64,000 nt of DNA from Phyllosticta citribraziliensis (lineage: Eukaryota): positions 1,488,001 through 1,552,000 of the forward strand of contig NW_027117344.1 of NCBI RefSeq assembly GCF_038025025.1. Direction: 5' to 3'. Below the pieces are notes generated by a model, which worked only from the letters and a program-made list of their open reading frames with translations, was not told the DNA's origin and did not search any database. Made by a program: the position numbers and the translations under genes. Below, piece after piece: positions 59,783 through 64,000 of the stretch. Numbering within the stretch: position 1 is the stretch's first letter; every line of letters starts with the position of its first letter.

Positions 59783-61702
59783 ATGACCTCTCTTGGCCGA
59801 GGCACTAACCACATCGACAAGCTCGATTATCCATCGACCGGGGGTCAGCGCCGCCTGTTACATCCGACTGACCTCCCAGCCCCCGGTCGTGTGCCCGCCC
59901 AAGACCGGAGCGATGATTCAACGACCCGTTCTGACCAGTCCAACGCCTACGCAGGCAGTTTCTTCGAGCGCGTCGCCGAGCAGATTCAAGAACGCGATCG
60001 CGAGATGATGCGACGCGCTGTACTCCGCTATGGCGGCTTTGCCTGCGCCGTTGTCTGCTGGTAAAGTCTCCCCCACCATTGTCTCCGTCCTACAAGGACT
60101 CTTTAAGCTCGGAACTGACTTGGACCACCCAGTTTGGCTGCCGGCTCCATCACGACCTACTCCCTCTATGCGCCGCTATTCCAGTCGAGGCTGCGGTACA
60201 CGCAGTTTCAGGTCAACGTTGTTTCGATCACCGCCGAGCTGGCCATGTATCTGCCGGTACCCGTCTTTGGATACATCTGTGACCGCTATGGACCTGGCCT
60301 GTCATCTTTCATCTCCGCCGCCCTGTTCGGTATAGGCTATTTCATCGCTGCCTTTACCTATCATGCTGGACCCAGAGGCTGGCCTTTTGGCGCAATGGTA
60401 TTCGCCTTTATTCCCATCGGCATGGGGACCTCGGCCATGTATTTTGCCGCTCTCACGACGTGTGCCAAAAACTTTGGCCGGGGAAAAAACAAAGGCGTGG
60501 CGCTGGCGATCCCAGTGGCCTCCTTCGGCTTGAGCGGCATGTGGCAGAGCCAAGTAGGCAGCCGCCTGCTCTGTGAACGCCAGGAAGATGGATCCTGTGG
60601 AGATGTTGATGTCTTTCGATTCTTCTTGTTCCTTGCAATCTTCCTCTTCTGTGCCGGAATCCTAGGAGGAGCTTGTCTTCGTATCATAGATGAGGAAGAG
60701 ATGATTGACGACGCCGTCGATGAGCTTGAGCGTAGTGGTCTTTTGAGCACTGACGAGTTCTTCCACAGGGCTGCAGACCAACATGGTTATGGCACAATAG
60801 CCCCCCAGGATCTTTCGGATTCCCAGTTTGACTTCCTCCGGGCCGAAGCCGACCATTTGAAGTTGAAGGCCGAGGAAGAACGGGCAAAGAAGAACTGGCT
60901 CCTCAACGAAGAAACGCGCCGTTTCCTCGCCGATGTAACCATGTGGTGGCTTGCCGCTGGTTTCTTCCTCGTCACCGGTCCAGGTGAAGCGTTCATCAAC
61001 AACCTGGGCACCATCATTGGCACCCTATACACGCCTTCCGTCTCTCAGCATTCGACGACCCCAGCAACTCACGTGTCCATCGTTGCCATCACCTCCACCG
61101 CCGCCCGCCTCTTTGCCGGCACAGTCTCCGACTTTGTTGCCCCCTTGCCCTCCAACTCTCCCCATCATCGACAGGGGCCAGAATCACTCGAGTCTTCCCT
61201 GGCATCGCTGCCGCCACGCCGGCGCTTCAGCATCTCACGAATTGTTTTCCTCATATTCTTTGCTTTAGTTGCCTCGCTAGGCCAGATTCTACTTGCGTCG
61301 GGGGTAATTCAAGGTCACGCAGAGCGCTTCTGGATCGTATCAGCTTTTATTGGAGCGGGCTATGGAGCCGTCTTTTCGCTCTGCCCCATCATCATCGCTG
61401 CAGTTTGGGGTGTCGAGAACTTTGGCACCAACTGGGGCATCGTGGCCATGATGCCGGCTGCCGGAGCGGCTGTCTGGGGCGTCGTTTACAGCGCCTTCTA
61501 CGACTGGGGCAGCGCGGCGGCGAATGTGGTGCCTCCTACCGGCGGTATGGACCAGGACGGGGATGACATTTTGTGCTACGGCAAAGACTGCTATGCTCCG
61601 ACCTTTTGGGCCATGGCAATCAGCGTGTGGGTGGCCTGTGGGCTGTGGTTGTGGGCTTGGAGAGGCCCTGGTGGTTGGCTGCGGAGAGGCATTGCAGTTT
61701 GA
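59783..61702 (+). CDS. MCH1-like major facilitator superfamily transporter
   Basis: Multiple TM helices; CLAAGSITTYSLYAP, GYICDRYGP, TGPGEAFINNLG, WGVENFGTNWGI and CYGKDCY. Intron 60061-60132. Confidence 0.88.
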
Positions 61703-62456
61703 GCCCGGCTTTCGCATCGCAATCTGTCGTCCAATTTACCATGTCAGTCCCTCTTGCTTTCCTTTGTACATAGGCTCCGGCATTCTGATGTTGGTTGAAA
61801 TTGGCTCGCGGCGTTTCCTAGGTTTTTTGCATGGCACTGGAGGCGTTCATCGGTACCGGCAAGTTGCAGTCTTTGGCAGACAAGCCATCATCACAGGGGC
61901 GGTTTTTCTCAGAACGGGAAATAGGCATCGGTCGTTTTCGATTCCTAGATAGGCTTCATCATTTTGGGCGGATTCCGGACAGTCCGAGAACAAAGAGTCG
62001 ATTGCCACAAGACCTCACTCAATTGCCAGATTTCAATTCAGATGAAATCGTTGAAGTCGTCGAGTAACATTTGGTTGTGGTGGTGACGTCGCTTACCTGG
62101 AGCTCTCACCCTGGCAACACGGGTAGGATGGTCCAGCCAACCGCAGCCTGCATGCAGGGGACGGGACTCGAGATACCAGCCTCTCTTTTAGCAACCTTTC
62201 TTTTCCCCTCTGCAAACCCGCTCTGACAGTCTGGCAAGTTCACCAAAAATACCTGTGACCGTCGTCGGTCAAGCAACAAACTAATTGTTGGCCTCAGCCT
62301 GACCCGCAACCCGAGAGAAACAACATCGTTGTTTTACTCCCCCGCCGCCATCATCCCAGCAACATTCTACAGCTCTACCCGGCCACGCGATCTCTCTCTC
62401 CACACGTTCCAACCTCCCCGCCTTGGTCTCTTGGTCGCTGGGTCGGCCGGTCGAGA

Positions 62457-63197
62457 ATGCGACCTTCGCTCGCCTCATCTTTGCGACTACTAGTGCTGCT
62501 GTCAATCTCCGTCACAAAAGTCGCCGCAAGCGCAGAGCTGCTCGATTATGCAGACATTCAACAAGAGGCCAGGGCGCCTCAATTGCCCGCTGGCGAGCAA
62601 AGCAATGCGCCCATAATCCTCTCACCTTTTCTTCCTGGCATCGACATCAACGTGCCGCAAGCCGTTCTGCCCATCGACAACCACCAAGATGAGGAAAGCT
62701 ACCGCCGCAACGACTACTCCCTCCCCAACGCAAACGCTACCGCAGCAGTAGCAGTGGCAAACAACAGCGCCTCGGCCGCAACCCCAGCACGCACTGCGCC
62801 CGCGACCACTCCGGCCCCCACGACGGTGCCCTACATCTACAAGCCAGTCCTCGAGAAGCGACAAGGCGGCACCACGTGTCCGACCTCGTACAGCGCGTGC
62901 GCTGCGCTGGGCGCGCCGGGCCTCTGCTGCCGCCGCAACACCAATTGCGCCCTCGACCAGGCCGGCCACGTCGCCTGCTGCCCCGTCAACGCAGCGTGTA
63001 CGGGAACCATTCGCGGGTCAAGCGTTGCGGGCGGATACAGCGTCAGCACCACCACCTTGGGGACGGCGGCGAGCAGCATTGTGCGCGTGACGACGACGGA
63101 TAGTACGGGCGGCTTCGTGGCCGTGGGGACGACGTTTGTGGCCACGCCGAACGCGGCGGGACGAGTCGCTGTGCCGTGGCTTTTGGGATGGTTCTGA
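62457..63197 (+). CDS. Secreted Cys-rich, probably GPI-anchored protein
   Basis: Signal peptide, Kex2-like LEKR site, 7-Cys domain (CPTSYSAC..LCC..C..ACCP..C), Ser/Thr stalk and short hydrophobic tail. Confidence 0.78.
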   Translation: MRPSLASSLRLLVLLSISVTKVAASAELLDYADIQQEARAPQLPAGEQSNAPIILSPFLPGIDINVPQAVLPIDNHQDEESYRRNDYSLPNANATAAVAVANNSASAATPARTAPATTPAPTTVPYIYKPVLEKRQGGTTCPTSYSACAALGAPGLCCRRNTNCALDQAGHVACCPVNAACTGTIRGSSVAGGYSVSTTTLGTAASSIVRVTTTDSTGGFVAVGTTFVATPNAAGRVAVPWLLGWF

Positions 63198-63706
63198 AGT
63201 TCGCTTTGGAGGCCCGGGGGGAGACGAGTGATGAGCGATGAAAGTAATTGGCTGGGACGACGATTTACGACGGCATGGTGTCGATAGACATAGACGAACG
63301 ACTCGGAAAAATTGACGATGGAATGACGAGGTATTGGAACGGCTTTTGGGGGGGTCTTTGGAGCCGGCCTGTAAATATTTCTCAAGGGATTACCTACGAC
63401 AGAAGCTAGTGCTCACGGAAGCACAGATCCAGGCACTAATCGCTCTTTGGAGCTACAATGCGCTTTCCTAGAGTCTTCGTGGAACTGAGATTTGTCAAAG
63501 TCCCTGACTGAGGAAGGCTGATGTGTGTGACATTTTACAAGTCTTCTTGTTCAACCAATGTCCGAGATCGAGAATCTAGGCCTTCTACGCATGGCATGGA
63601 TCTACTGTAGCTTTCCAGAATCAGCTCAATCTCCACCCGTGGAAGACTTTCCGCATCATGTACCCACCTATGTGAACAGCGCCTTTTATTATCTTTCCAG
63701 GCATCT

Positions 63707-64000
63707 TTACCAGATGCCCAACCACATCTTCGGCTTCCTCTTCGGCTGCTGTACTTCCTCCTGCTCCTCACCCGCAGCTATACGCTCAGCCTGCTTCTCC
63801 GCCTCCTTCAACTCTCTTTTCAAAGCATCCCTCTTGGCACGCTCCTCCAGCCTCTGCTTCCTGCCCTCAGCATCACGCTTGGCATACTCCTCCGCGCCCA
63901 GGGTCCACTTGTCGAGGTGGCTGCCAGGGTGTTCAAGGCCAAACTCGTCGCGGAACTCGATCCGCTTATCAATGTCATCGGACTTCTTGCGGCGCTTCTC
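63707..64000 (-). CDS. 3' end of a hypothetical protein ending KRKPKMWLGIW
   Basis: Open 98-codon frame from the window end (EKRRKKSDDIDKRIEFRDEFGL...) to TAA at 63707; charged coiled-coil composition. Confidence 0.7.
   Translation of the reverse strand, partial: EKRRKKSDDIDKRIEFRDEFGLEHPGSHLDKWTLGAEEYAKRDAEGRKQRLEERAKRDALKRELKEAEKQAERIAAGEEQEEVQQPKRKPKMWLGIW

Noticed and set aside
1..64000. Transposons, RIP-degraded repeats, tRNA, 5S rRNA, CRISPR arrays
   Set aside because: No transposase or reverse-transcriptase motifs, terminal repeats, long AT-rich blocks, cloverleaves or repeat-spacer arrays were seen by eye.

Overview
Gene-dense, GC-rich window from a filamentous ascomycete (Pezizomycotina; protein style suggests Eurotiomycetes, possibly Chaetothyriales, which is inference only). 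It has short spliceosomal introns. About 23 protein-coding genes are supported: a HET-domain protein (5'-truncated), a HeLo-like/ankyrin-like protein, a RID/Masc1-type C5 DNA methyltransferase, ADE4, a MYND-finger protein, a UBA protein, MRS2/LPE10, TRM44, an ankyrin-BTB protein, NimA kinase, a Nup53-like nucleoporin, RPL14, NAC-alpha (EGD2), ATP7, a TRK transporter, RRP42, an MCH1-like MFS transporter, a GPI-type secreted protein and several hypotheticals. The most interesting content is non-coding and invisible in the ORF track: (i) an snR58-like box C/D snoRNA in a 5'-UTR intron of ADE4; (ii) an apparently non-coding spliced host gene, divergent from RPL14, carrying two dual-guide C/D snoRNAs (snR87-like and U24-like), each with a second guide that may direct a little-known rRNA methylation; (iii) a ~2.3 kb gene-free structured region that is a tentative telomerase RNA candidate with a TTTAGGG-type template; (iv) strongly base-paired introns in EGD2 and RPL14. 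No transposon, tRNA, rRNA or CRISPR array was seen. All exon and intron calls are by eye, and the rRNA/snoRNA reference sequences were recalled from memory rather than searched.
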